NCBI GenBank assembly: GCA_016845285.1
Contig: JAERSX010000320.1
Span: 1 to 35,909 of the forward strand
Direction of reading: 5' to 3'
DNA length: 35,909 nt
Source: Deltaproteobacteria bacterium
GTDB taxonomy: Bacteria; Myxococcota_A; UBA796; UBA2385
Both the position numbers and the translations under genes were made by a program. Within the stretch, counting starts at the first letter, position 1. Each line of letters starts with the position of its first letter. Of the stretch, positions 7,943-17,252 are shown one piece after another. Under the pieces are notes generated by a model. It was not told the DNA's origin. It ran no database searches and saw only the letters and a program-made list of their open reading frames with translations.

Positions 7943-9430
7943 TCAGCGGCAGCGATGGTCGGGGCCGTACGCGTCCCAGAACATGGCCGCGGTGCTCAGC
8001 GTCATGGCCTCCCGGGCATCCACCCCGGAAGGGAACGCAGCCGCGGCCATGTGGGGCGGAAGCAAGGGCATGTCGAGGTCGGGGCCCCCGGGCCAGTCGG
8101 CCGAGGCCAGTCCCGGCTCCAGGCACGACACGACCTGCTCCGGGGCGTTGTACCGGACCGGTAGCCCCCGCTCGTAGGCAGCCTCGTAGACCAGCCGAAC
8201 GTTGGCGCGGTGCGTCAGGGTGACGGCGTGAGGCACCTCGGTGTAGGCCAGGCCGAGGCGCCAGTCAGCCAGCTCGGCAGCCTCGCTCACAGACGCCAGC
8301 ATGTGGCGGGTGCTCCAGAAGGCCACGGTCGCCTCGGGATCCTCGACATGGGTGGGCCAGTCGTCCAGCGACAGCACACCGGCATCCATGGCTGCAGCCA
8401 GCACCTGGGGGGTGAACACGTGGCGCTCGGAGCCACCGGCTCGGGTGACCAGATCGCGGAGGGGGGGCAGGATGGCGTCCTCGTCCTCACCGATGACCCC
8501 GTCGCCGTCCACGTCGGGGTGGCCGTCGACGAGGTCCAGCTTCCCGGAGTGGTCGCGGTCCAGGTAGAGCACGCCCGGTGGCGCGCTGGTCGTGCTGACG
8601 CCAAAGACATCGTCCATGGACACCTCCTCGGTCCAGCGGATCGTGTCCAGCTCCATGGGGCAGTCGACCTCGTCGCATCCGGCCTCGTCGAGGGACCGGT
8701 TCCGGCCCTCGTCCCAGGGGATGCCGTTGTCGTCGTGGTCGGTCTCGGGATGCGGATCCATCCACAAGGCACCCGCGTCTGGCCCCACCATGGCCGGCAG
8801 GCTCGGCGGTTCGTAGGCCACCAGGCCCACGACGTGGGGGGCGAGGAGCTCTGCGTCACGGGCCAGCGCCCGCATCCCCACCATGCTCCCCGACGAGCGC
8901 GCCGCGATCACCACCTCGTCTCCGCAGACGGGCACGCCGCTCGACATGGGCAAGGAGGCCCCATCGACGCCCGTCCGCTCGCCCGCCGCGAAGAGCACGG
9001 CCTCTCGCACGGCGGTCACGCTGGCCTCACCGGCGTAGTCGAAGTCCCCGGAGGTGTGGTGGCCCGCGACGCCCATGCCCGGGGGAACCACGGTGACCTC
9101 CACCAGGCCGCCGCTCGCCGAGAGGTTGGGCACGAAGTCACGGGTCCAGCCCGCTGCAGGACTCAGGGCCGCAGGAAGCACCACCACGACGGGCGCCCCC
9201 TCGGTCCAGGCCGTCTCCCCGCTCGCAGGCCAGGCCACGATGACTGCGAGCTCGTCGAAGGCGTCGGTCTGGACCGACACCACCCGCCAGGCCATGCCAG
9301 CAGGGTCGACCGCCTGCGCCACCGCACCGCCGCCCCGACACGTTGGGGTCGGGGTGGTCGGTCCAGCTCCACCTGGAGAGGGCTGGCAAGACCACAGCAC
9401 AGCACACGCAGAGAGGCGAAGACACGACAT
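7943..9430 (-). CDS. Hypothetical exported lipoprotein with DxDxDG-type calcium-binding-like loops
   Basis: 495-aa ORF. The N-terminus MSCLRLSACAVLWSCQ looks like a lipobox. An acidic loop DRDHSGKLDLVDGHPDVDGDGVIGEDED is present. I recognise no catalytic motif. Confidence 0.6.
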   Translation of the reverse strand: MSCLRLSACAVLWSCQPSPGGAGPTTPTPTCRGGGAVAQAVDPAGMAWRVVSVQTDAFDELAVIVAWPASGETAWTEGAPVVVVLPAALSPAAGWTRDFVPNLSASGGLVEVTVVPPGMGVAGHHTSGDFDYAGEASVTAVREAVLFAAGERTGVDGASLPMSSGVPVCGDEVVIAARSSGSMVGMRALARDAELLAPHVVGLVAYEPPSLPAMVGPDAGALWMDPHPETDHDDNGIPWDEGRNRSLDEAGCDEVDCPMELDTIRWTEEVSMDDVFGVSTTSAPPGVLYLDRDHSGKLDLVDGHPDVDGDGVIGEDEDAILPPLRDLVTRAGGSERHVFTPQVLAAAMDAGVLSLDDWPTHVEDPEATVAFWSTRHMLASVSEAAELADWRLGLAYTEVPHAVTLTHRANVRLVYEAAYERGLPVRYNAPEQVVSCLEPGLASADWPGGPDLDMPLLPPHMAAAAFPSGVDAREAMTLSTAAMFWDAYGPDHRCR

Positions 9431-9442
9431 GGTCGAACCTTG

Positions 9443-9522
9443 GCGGCGCCACCCGAATGGTCTCCCGAGATCTGCTGGTGCTGCGTGACGAGTAGGTCAC
9501 GAGGAGCCTCGAGTGGCGCCGC
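9443..9522 (-). promoter_or_regulatory. Structured intergenic element (nested inverted repeats) between two minus-strand lipoprotein genes
   Basis: A perfect 10-bp inverted repeat, GCGGCGCCAC (9443-9452) / GTGGCGCCGC (9513-9522), encloses a CGTGAC-gagtag-GTCACG hairpin (9484-9501). The element sits directly after the stop at 9531 and directly before the start at 9430. Confidence 0.35.
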
Positions 9523-9530
9523 AGGGGGGA

Positions 9531-9881
<351 letters not shown>

Positions 9882-9961
9882 GGTTTCTCCTTCGGAGCGT
9901 TGTGTCCGTCCTTGCTCCGACTCTTCAGACCCTCCTGGCACCTCGATGCGCAGATCCAGGC

Positions 9962-9979
9962 GTACCTCCACGGAGGTAC
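9962..9979. promoter_or_regulatory. Perfect 8-2-8 inverted repeat GTACCTCC-ac-GGAGGTAC in a divergent promoter region
   Basis: Read directly from the sequence. It lies between the acidic lipoprotein gene (minus) and the cytochrome operon (plus). Confidence 0.4.
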
Positions 9980-10178
9980 ACCCATGCGGTGAGCACCGCT
10001 GGCCCGTGGGCGAGCGACGGTCGGCGCCTGGAGATCTGCTCGCGTGCCCGGCTCGCACCCCTCGACCAGGCCGAGATCGACACGGTGGGAGCCGAAGCCT
10101 GACACCTCCGTCCTCAGATCACCCCGGGCGAGTCGAGCACCTCACGGATAGGATCCCCGTGCACCGGAGACTACGACC

Positions 10179-10673
10179 CTGCGCGTCGCCATCCTCACCC
10201 TCGTCACCTCCCTCTGCACCATCTCTTGTGCCGGGGAAAACCCTCCCTGCGACCCCGACGCGGCCGAGCCGAGCGCAATTCTCGGCACAGGTGTCGACGA
10301 GGCCTTCGACCCCATCGAGGCTGGGGACCCGGCCGGTCTGGTCACGGCACCCCAGGGTGGCATGGGCGTGAGCGTCCGCGTGCTCACGACCGGCCTCGAC
10401 CCCGGCTCCGTCGACGTGCTCCTCGACACCGAGATCGACGGCGAGACAGCCGGTAGCTTCCTCAACGAAGGTGTGCGTCTGTACTGCCAGGAGGACGGTG
10501 AGCACGCGATGATCTGGGGCGTGGTCGTCGGCTTCGATCAGGACGACTACGGTACCAACGACAAGCTGCTCAGCCTGGACGGCCAGGAGGTAGACCTCGT
10601 GGTCACCGTCACCGACAAGTTCGACGTCAGCGCCGTGGCCAACGTACCCGTGACCATCGAGGTGGGTGGGTGA
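10179..10673 (+). CDS. Small lipoprotein, first gene of the cytochrome operon; start codon uncertain (probably non-canonical CTG)
   Basis: The frame of track ORF 10362..10673 stays open back to TAG 10149-10151. Just after GGAG (10166-10169) it encodes LRVAILTLVTSLCTISCAG, a good lipoprotein signal. There is no in-frame ATG/GTG/TTG before 10362. The stop overlaps the next start (GTGA). Confidence 0.55.
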   Translation: MRVAILTLVTSLCTISCAGENPPCDPDAAEPSAILGTGVDEAFDPIEAGDPAGLVTAPQGGMGVSVRVLTTGLDPGSVDVLLDTEIDGETAGSFLNEGVRLYCQEDGEHAMIWGVVVGFDQDDYGTNDKLLSLDGQEVDLVVTVTDKFDVSAVANVPVTIEVGG

Positions 10674-12676
10674 AGATCATCCGCCTTGGACTGCTGATCA
10701 TCGGCCTTGGCGGCTGCCCAAGCGAACCGGCCACGCCCACCCACGTGGTCGAGGGCTGCGCCACCTGCCACATGGGCATCGAGCAGGCCCACCCCACCAC
10801 CGAGGACATCGGCCCGAGCGAGTGCACCATCTGCCACGGCGGTGACCCCGGTGCCCTCGATCAGGACGGCGCCCACATCCCCATCCCCGATGACTGGGCC
10901 GAGATCCGTGGCGACGGCCTTCCTGCCGCTCCCGAGGGCTTCATCGGCGACTTCGCACCCGATCAGCTCGACGCCATCGACCCCGACTACCTGCGCTTCA
11001 TCAACCCCGGCGACCTGCGCACAGCGGAGATCGCCTGCGGCGAGTGCCACCCCGAGCAGGTGGCCACGGTGAAGACCTCGATCATGTCGACGAACGCCGG
11101 CCACTACTGGCCCACCCGAAGCTACGCCGACCTGCAAGACGCCACCGCGCTGTACGGCACCTCCGAAATCACCGTCGAAGAGTGCGACCCGGACGCCGGC
11201 ACCGTGTGTGAGCTCACGGTCCTGCGGCCCCAGGACGAGGCCACCATCGAGCAGGCGCTCGCCGACGACGACCTCGATGCCCTCGAACAGATCGCCTACG
11301 ACCACTACCTGGCCAAGTCGTGCAACACCTGCCACGCCGGCGGCTACCCGAAGAACAACAGCCCACACCTCTACCGATCCAGCGGCTGCTCGGCCTGCCA
11401 CATGGTCTACAACGAGGACGGCGTCTACGAGGGCAACGATCCCACGGTGCCGGTGGGCGTTCCCGTTCACGCCAGCCGCCACGAGCTCACCGCCTCGGTG
11501 CCGACGACCCAGTGCGCCACCTGCCACTTCCAGGGTGGGCGGATCGGCCTCAACTTCCGAGGCATCCGTGAGGGCGGCTTCTCCGAGGCGCCCCCCAACG
11601 CTCAGGTCTGGGCAGCTGGCAGCGCCTATGGCCACGTCTCCGGCTACTACTTCGTCGACGAAGACACCACGAACGACGTGGACGAGACCCCGCCCGACCT
11701 CCACCACACCGCCGGCATGCACTGCGCCGACTGCCACGTGGGCACCGATGTGCACGGAGACGGCCAGCTCCACAGCGCCTCCAAGACCCAGTTCGACCTG
11801 CGCTGCGAGGACTGCCACGGAGACGCCCGTGATGCCGCCGAGCCCGACGAGGAGGGGATCTTCCGCACCGAGCAAGGCCGGCCCCTGCCCCAGCTCTCCC
11901 AGGGAGAAGACGGCGGCGTGGTGCTCACGAGCCAGGTGACGGGCGTCGTGTTCGACGTGCCGCAGCCCGCCACCATCCTCGCGGGCGACGAGGCCAGCGA
12001 CGAGATGCGGGCCGCCATGGAGCCACGCGAGAGCGATGGCTGGTCGCACCCCGACAGCCTCACCTGTGACACCTGCCACAACAGCTGGCAGCTCTACTGC
12101 CTGGGCTGCCACGTCACCCTCGACATGCGGCTCAACCAGGTCGACTACCAGACCGGCAGCAAGACGCCCGGCAACGTACGCGGCAGCCGGGACATCTGGA
12201 TGTTGGACCACCTGCTGCTCAGCAAGCGCACAGACGGGATGATCCAGGCGACCAACCCGAGCCAGCACGTCCAGCTCACGGTCATCGACTTCGAGGGCGA
12301 GGTCCGCATCGGTCGCGACGACGGCGAGGCCGGGTCCACCGGCGTCTTCCGCAGCAACGCCACCACCGATGCCCAGGCCGGCTTCGCTCCCTTCTTCCAG
12401 CACACGAGCTCCGCCGAGCCCCGCCCCTGCATCACATGTCACCCCGTGGATGCCTCAGCCGACGAGCAGACCCGTGTGAAGGGCACCTACGGCTTCGGCA
12501 CGGGCGAGTTCGTGCTCGACAATCCCGACGGCGACCCCGTGGACCCGCTGCAGTTCCTCGACGCAGACGGAAACCAGACGAGCGCCTTTGCGCATCCAGG
12601 CACCGGCCCCCTCGACGCCGACACCATCGAGCGCGCGCTGTCCGTCACCGTGGACCCTCCCGAGGAGGACGAGTGA
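10670..12676 (+). CDS. Multiheme c-type cytochrome lipoprotein (11 CXXCH motifs)
   Basis: 668-aa ORF with a GTG start and the signal MKIIRLGLLIIGLGGC. I counted the motifs CATCH, CTICH, CGECH, CNTCH, CSACH, CATCH, CADCH, CEDCH, CDTCH, CLGCH and CITCH. Confidence 0.9.
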   Translation: MKIIRLGLLIIGLGGCPSEPATPTHVVEGCATCHMGIEQAHPTTEDIGPSECTICHGGDPGALDQDGAHIPIPDDWAEIRGDGLPAAPEGFIGDFAPDQLDAIDPDYLRFINPGDLRTAEIACGECHPEQVATVKTSIMSTNAGHYWPTRSYADLQDATALYGTSEITVEECDPDAGTVCELTVLRPQDEATIEQALADDDLDALEQIAYDHYLAKSCNTCHAGGYPKNNSPHLYRSSGCSACHMVYNEDGVYEGNDPTVPVGVPVHASRHELTASVPTTQCATCHFQGGRIGLNFRGIREGGFSEAPPNAQVWAAGSAYGHVSGYYFVDEDTTNDVDETPPDLHHTAGMHCADCHVGTDVHGDGQLHSASKTQFDLRCEDCHGDARDAAEPDEEGIFRTEQGRPLPQLSQGEDGGVVLTSQVTGVVFDVPQPATILAGDEASDEMRAAMEPRESDGWSHPDSLTCDTCHNSWQLYCLGCHVTLDMRLNQVDYQTGSKTPGNVRGSRDIWMLDHLLLSKRTDGMIQATNPSQHVQLTVIDFEGEVRIGRDDGEAGSTGVFRSNATTDAQAGFAPFFQHTSSAEPRPCITCHPVDASADEQTRVKGTYGFGTGEFVLDNPDGDPVDPLQFLDADGNQTSAFAHPGTGPLDADTIERALSVTVDPPEEDE

Positions 12677-13671
12677 GACCGACACTGCTCGCCGCCGCGC
12701 TGAGCCTGGTTGGCTGCAAGGACCGGGCACCCGTCGACGACACCGGCCCCGCCAACGATGGCCTGCTCTACGAGCTCGTCGGCGACGACTTCGATCACGG
12801 TGTGCTGCTGGCAGCCTGGGAAGACGGAGATCGCCTGCGCGTCGTGGGCGGTGCCCTCAGCGGGGGCGCCGGCCACCAGGTCACCATCCACGACAGCGGC
12901 AGCCTGTGCGAGGAGGGGGTGCTCGTCGACCAGGCGCAGTGGTGGATCCACGGCGCCGAGCCCGGCAGCCAGAAGTACTACACCGTGGGTGAGCAAGGCA
13001 GCATCTACAGCTGGAACGACCGCACCCCAACCGATGAGTCCGTCGACTCCGAGGCCACCTTCTACGGGGTCTACGACGACGGCACCGTGGTCTGGGCCGT
13101 CGGCGGCGACCCGGCCACGGGCCTGGGCGAGGTCTGGGCCCGCGGGCCGTCGGGCTGGGAGCTCCAGGCCAGCGAGATCCCCGGAATCCTCTACAAGGTC
13201 TGGGATGGCTGGATCGTGGGCGACCAGCAGGCCCTCCGAATGGTGGGCGGCGAGCTCGAGGCCACCGAGGCGGACACCAAGCTGCTCACCGTGCGCGGAC
13301 GGGACGCAGGCGACGACGTGTGGGCCGTGGGCGGCACCTCGGGCGCCGAGGTTCGCCACTGGAGCGGCAGCGCGTGGGAAGAGGTGGGCACCGACCTGCT
13401 GGGCGTGCCGCTGAGCGGGGTCTGGACGGCACCCGAGCACGACGTGTACGTGGCGGGCAGCTTCGGCACCATGGCCCGCCTGCCACCGGACAGCACCGAG
13501 TGGCAGATGCCCGATCTCCCGCTCACGAGCGACGACTTCCACGCCGTCTACCCCTTCGGAGACGAGATCTGGTACGTGGGCGGCAACCTGTTGACCTCGG
13601 GCACCGACTACCACGGCACCATCGCCCGAGAAGGCGAGACGCTCATGGAGCTCGAGCTGGACGGCTGCTGA
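12673..13671 (+). CDS. Beta-propeller-like lipoprotein (Ycf48/BNR-like repeats)
   Basis: I chose GTG 12673, which overlaps the cytochrome stop (GTGA) and is preceded by GAGGAGGA. It gives VRPTLLAAALSLVGCK, which contains a lipobox. Blade-like motifs recur: VWAVGG (twice), VYVAGS and IWYVGG. The upstream part of track ORF 12436..13671 lies inside the cytochrome gene. Confidence 0.7.
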   Translation: MRPTLLAAALSLVGCKDRAPVDDTGPANDGLLYELVGDDFDHGVLLAAWEDGDRLRVVGGALSGGAGHQVTIHDSGSLCEEGVLVDQAQWWIHGAEPGSQKYYTVGEQGSIYSWNDRTPTDESVDSEATFYGVYDDGTVVWAVGGDPATGLGEVWARGPSGWELQASEIPGILYKVWDGWIVGDQQALRMVGGELEATEADTKLLTVRGRDAGDDVWAVGGTSGAEVRHWSGSAWEEVGTDLLGVPLSGVWTAPEHDVYVAGSFGTMARLPPDSTEWQMPDLPLTSDDFHAVYPFGDEIWYVGGNLLTSGTDYHGTIAREGETLMELELDGC

Positions 13672-13680
13672 GCCGCCGCC

Positions 13681-14733
13681 TCAGAGAGGCTCGACGGCTC
13701 CGGTGGCCAGCAACGCCTCGTAGCCCTCGCCACCTGAGGCCCACCAGGCCTCACCGACCTCGTCGAGCTGGGCCTCTTCGAGGGCCGCAGCCGTGAGCAG
13801 AGACCGCAGCGTGGCGCTGATCTCCTCGTCGGAGAAGCTGTTGTTCGAGCCCGTGCACAGCATGGTGCACATGATGTCGGTGTCGGACTCGAAGTCACAG
13901 TGGTCGGCCTCGGTGAGGCTCAGGGCGACCGCATCGGGAGCGGCCGTGAACCAGGCGCTGCCGTTGCCGCTGCTGTTGCAGCTTCCGGGCTCGCCGAGCA
14001 GACCGTAGAGGACGGGCGCATCGGGAGCCGCGGCCTCGCCCAGTCCGTCCGCGTCGACACCGTCCAGGGTGATGACCGCGACGGCATCGGGGTCATCGGC
14101 CCCCGCAACCACTGCTGCGAGGCCACCCGCGGAGTGACCGATGTAGAGCCGAGAACCCGCCTCGAGGGCGTCGGCCAAGGACACGAGATCTGCGGCGTTC
14201 TGGCCATGATCGGTGTCCCAGATGCTCGAGTGGCACAGCGTAGGCACCGCGACCGACAGCCCCCAGCTCGCGAGGTGGTAGCCATGACCCTCGACGTGGG
14301 TTCCATCGCGTGCGAAGCCATGAGCGAGGACAGCCAGGGTGTCGGAGGGCCCGTCGGCCGGGTCGAAGATGGCCACGTCCGGCGCACAGCCTCCACCCAG
14401 ATCGACCTGTCGGGTCGTGACCGTCACGCCGTGCGACCCCGTCTGTGACAGATCAGCGAGGGGCTCGTCGGGATCGTCGTCATCCTCCGGATCGTCGTCA
14501 TCGTCCGGATCATCATCATCGTCCGGATCATCACCGTCGGGATCGTCGCCATCGTCTGGTTGATCGGTGTCGTCGCCGTCATCGTTCTCGCCGTCACCGT
14601 CGCCGTCACCGTCACCGTCGCCGTCGCCGTTCCCCGGATCTTCCGCCGGCGAACCGACGTCGTGGGTTGGCCCTTCCCCATCAATCTCCGCACACCCGAG
14701 CAACAACAGCACCAAGGTCAAACTGCGACTCAT
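13681..14733 (-). CDS. Alpha/beta-hydrolase lipoprotein (lipase / dienelactone-hydrolase / chlorophyllase-like) with a poly-Asp linker
   Basis: Signal MSRSLTLVLLLLGCA, with GGAGG 5 nt upstream of the ATG. The linker reads GDGDGDGDGDGDGENDDGDD...DDPDDDDDPDDDDDPEDDDDPD. The nucleophile elbow is GHSAGG, with HGFARDG upstream and DHCDF downstream. Confidence 0.75.
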   Translation of the reverse strand: MSRSLTLVLLLLGCAEIDGEGPTHDVGSPAEDPGNGDGDGDGDGDGDGENDDGDDTDQPDDGDDPDGDDPDDDDDPDDDDDPEDDDDPDEPLADLSQTGSHGVTVTTRQVDLGGGCAPDVAIFDPADGPSDTLAVLAHGFARDGTHVEGHGYHLASWGLSVAVPTLCHSSIWDTDHGQNAADLVSLADALEAGSRLYIGHSAGGLAAVVAGADDPDAVAVITLDGVDADGLGEAAAPDAPVLYGLLGEPGSCNSSGNGSAWFTAAPDAVALSLTEADHCDFESDTDIMCTMLCTGSNNSFSDEEISATLRSLLTAAALEEAQLDEVGEAWWASGGEGYEALLATGAVEPL

Positions 14734-14827
14734 GACCGCCTCCGTCCCGGCCTTATAGAACCTGCGAACCGACTTGTCTACTCATGGGTAGGCATTTGGC
14801 TCCCGAGCAGACGTTAGACCGGCCCCG

Positions 14828-15409
14828 ATGGGCACCAAGCGAACCTCTCCCGAAGCCATCCTGGACGCCGCGGAGCACGCCTTCGGGACCGACGGCTACA
14901 CCGGTGCCCGACTGGCCGACATCTCCGCTGCCGTGGGCATTCGCAGGCCGAGCCTGCTCTACCACTTCAAGACCAAGGACGCGCTCTACAACGCGGTGGT
15001 CCTGCGCCTCTTCGAGTCTCTGAGAGAGACCTTCACCGAAGCCTTCGAGGCAGGTGGCAGCTTCGAAGACCGCATGCTGCGACTGATGAGCGCCTACCTC
15101 GCCTTCCTCGACGAGCGCCCCGCCTTCGCGCCCCTCGTCATCCGGGAGATCCTCGACGGCCACGGCCCTGGTCGACACCTCCTCGAGACCCGGCTCGTGC
15201 CCTTGCTCGACCTCATCGAGCAGTGGCTGGCGCAGGCGGGAGGCGGCGAGATCCCCGAAGGCGTCCAGATTCGAAGCGCCATCATGCATCTCGGCAGCAA
15301 CGCGATCCTCCACGCTGCAGCAGGGCCACTGCAGGGGCCGTTGTGGGGCTCCGATGGGGGCACCCTGGACCTGGCCCGGCGGCTCTTGCTCGCGGAGGAC
15401 CGTGCGTGA
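14828..15409 (+). CDS. TetR/AcrR family transcriptional regulator
   Basis: The N-terminal helix-turn-helix reads ILDAAEHAFGTDGYTGARLADISAAVGIRRPSLLYHFKTKDALY. The 193-aa size is typical of the family. Confidence 0.9.
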   Translation: MGTKRTSPEAILDAAEHAFGTDGYTGARLADISAAVGIRRPSLLYHFKTKDALYNAVVLRLFESLRETFTEAFEAGGSFEDRMLRLMSAYLAFLDERPAFAPLVIREILDGHGPGRHLLETRLVPLLDLIEQWLAQAGGGEIPEGVQIRSAIMHLGSNAILHAAAGPLQGPLWGSDGGTLDLARRLLLAEDRA

Positions 15410-15461
15410 CCCGGAGGGCTGTAGCCCCCCTGAGAGGCCGGCCCCGTGATAGCTCCGGTGC

Positions 15462-17252
15462 ATGTCGGACTCCCCCTCCTTCGCAGACGTCGACCCCACC
15501 CCACGTGCAGCCTGGCGCGCCCTCGTCGAGGCCGGGCTGAAGGGCGCCTCCTTCGAGCGGCGCACGTCGCGGACCCTGCCCGGGGGGGTGGTGCTGCCGG
15601 TGCTGGCCACCGCCCATGACGCTGTGGACAGCGGGCTCCCGGGTCTCGCCCCGTACCCCCGAGGCACCGCGGCCAGGCCGGGCTGGAAGACCGCGGTCTG
15701 TCACCCGAGCCATGCACCCGAGCTGGGCGCACGACTCGCCCTGGACGCCGCGCGTGGCGCCACGGCCTGCTGGCTCGAGGCCCCGCTCGCCGATGGACCC
15801 CACGACGATCAGGCCGACGACGAGAGCCTCGCCTTCCCGGTGGGCCTCGAGCTCTACTTCGGCCCGGGCGTCATGGACCTCGACGCAGGCGAGGAGCTGC
15901 TCGACCCCACCCTCTGGGAAGGCCGCGGCCGGGTCTGCTTCGGGGCCGATCCTGCCACCCTCGCAGCCCGTACCTCCAGCCCACTGGACCTCGACGAGGC
16001 GGCCGAGCTCGCCCTGGCTGCCTCCGCAGTCACAGCCGAAGACCTCGATCTGCGCGTGCTCCTCGTCGACACCGGCTACGCCCACGATGCCGGCGCCGAC
16101 GACGTCCTCGACCTCGCCCTGGCCTTGGCCACCACCGTCGCCTGGCTGCGCGAGCTCACGGGCCGCGGCCTCTCGCTCCACGACGCCCTCGCACAGCAAG
16201 TCCACCATCTCCGCGTCGGCACGGCCCCCTTCGCGAGCATCGCCAAGCTCCGTGCCTTCCGCTCTGTCGTGGCGCGCGTCTGCGAAGCCGCGGGCGACGT
16301 CGAAGCCGCCCGGGCCCTGGTCATCGTCTCCAGCCTGGGAGCCCGGCACCTGAGCCGCGTCGACGCACCGGTCAACGTGCTCCGCAACACCTCCGCCTGC
16401 TTCGCCGGCGCCCTGGGTGGGGCTCAGGTGGTGGCCTCACGGCCCCACGACGCCCTGCGACCCCAGCCCGGAGAGGCCGGACGCCGCATCGCGCGCAACA
16501 CGCCGCTGATGCTCGACCTGGAGGCCGGTCTCGCCGATGTGGCCGATCCCATCGGAGGCTCCTGGTCCATCGAACAGCTGACCGCCGACCTCGCGGGCGC
16601 GGCCTGGGCCCGCTTCCAGGAGCTGGAGGCCCACGGGGGCCTGGGCGCGGTCCTCACGAGCGGCTGGTTGGCGTCGGAGGTGGACGTGGCCTGGGAGCGA
16701 CAGGCGAAGGCCTTGCGGCGCCGCAAGGCTCAGCTCACCGGCGTGAGCGCCTTCGCCGCACTCGACGAGGCCCCGGTACAGGTACCTCAGGCGAGGGGCC
16801 CCTTCCCGCTGCGCCGCTGGGCCGCCGGCTTCGAGGCTCTGCGTGCCCGCGCCCACGCCTGGGAAGCGACCCACGGCGCTCCTCCGCACGTCACCGTGGC
16901 CACCCTCGGCCCCGAGGCCCACCACACCGCCCGCACCACCTGGGTGCGCAACGCCCTGGCGGCCGGTGGCTTCCACACCGAGGAGCTCGATGGACAGGCG
17001 CTCCCCGCCACACTGCCCACGCCCCTCGCCGTGCTGAGCGCCCCCGACGGTCGGGTCGACGCCGAGGGGGTGGGCACGCTCGCCAGGCTCGTGTCCGCTG
17101 GCGCCCGCCACGTCCGCATCGCTGGCCGCCCTGGCGCGCAGGCCGAGGCCCACACCGCTGCTGGCGCCGCCGGCTGGATGGGGGTGGGAGACGACCTCGA
17201 GGCGCTGCTGGCCGAATTCCATGACGTCCTCGGCCGCGAGGTGAGCCCGTGA
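15462..17252 (+). CDS. mutA: Methylmalonyl-CoA mutase small (beta) subunit
   Basis: 596-aa ORF immediately upstream of the large subunit and overlapping it (GTGA). It shows mutase-like similarity ([24 protein letters not shown]) but lacks the DxHxxG B12 motif. Confidence 0.8.
   Translation: MSDSPSFADVDPTPRAAWRALVEAGLKGASFERRTSRTLPGGVVLPVLATAHDAVDSGLPGLAPYPRGTAARPGWKTAVCHPSHAPELGARLALDAARGATACWLEAPLADGPHDDQADDESLAFPVGLELYFGPGVMDLDAGEELLDPTLWEGRGRVCFGADPATLAARTSSPLDLDEAAELALAASAVTAEDLDLRVLLVDTGYAHDAGADDVLDLALALATTVAWLRELTGRGLSLHDALAQQVHHLRVGTAPFASIAKLRAFRSVVARVCEAAGDVEAARALVIVSSLGARHLSRVDAPVNVLRNTSACFAGALGGAQVVASRPHDALRPQPGEAGRRIARNTPLMLDLEAGLADVADPIGGSWSIEQLTADLAGAAWARFQELEAHGGLGAVLTSGWLASEVDVAWERQAKALRRRKAQLTGVSAFAALDEAPVQVPQARGPFPLRRWAAGFEALRARAHAWEATHGAPPHVTVATLGPEAHHTARTTWVRNALAAGGFHTEELDGQALPATLPTPLAVLSAPDGRVDAEGVGTLARLVSAGARHVRIAGRPGAQAEAHTAAGAAGWMGVGDDLEALLAEFHDVLGREVSP

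Noticed and set aside
10547-12442. 631-aa minus-strand ORF opposite the multiheme cytochrome gene.
   Set aside because: The plus strand carries 11 CXXCH motifs and a lipoprotein signal. The antisense product is Gly/Ala/Val/His-rich with no motifs.
13669-13683. Short CTGAG...CTCAG and CTGAGC...GCTCAG inverted repeats at convergent gene ends (13669-13685 and 19378-19403), considered as terminators.
   Set aside because: The complementarity arises largely from opposed TGA/TCA stop codons. The stems are only 5-6 bp.
14734-14827. Possible TetR operator or promoter in the hydrolase/TetR intergenic region (GAACC-tgc-GAACC direct repeat, TAGA-N17-TCTA, TATAGA box).
   Set aside because: Only 4-5 bp arms are present, with poor symmetry. 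This cannot be distinguished from chance without comparative data.
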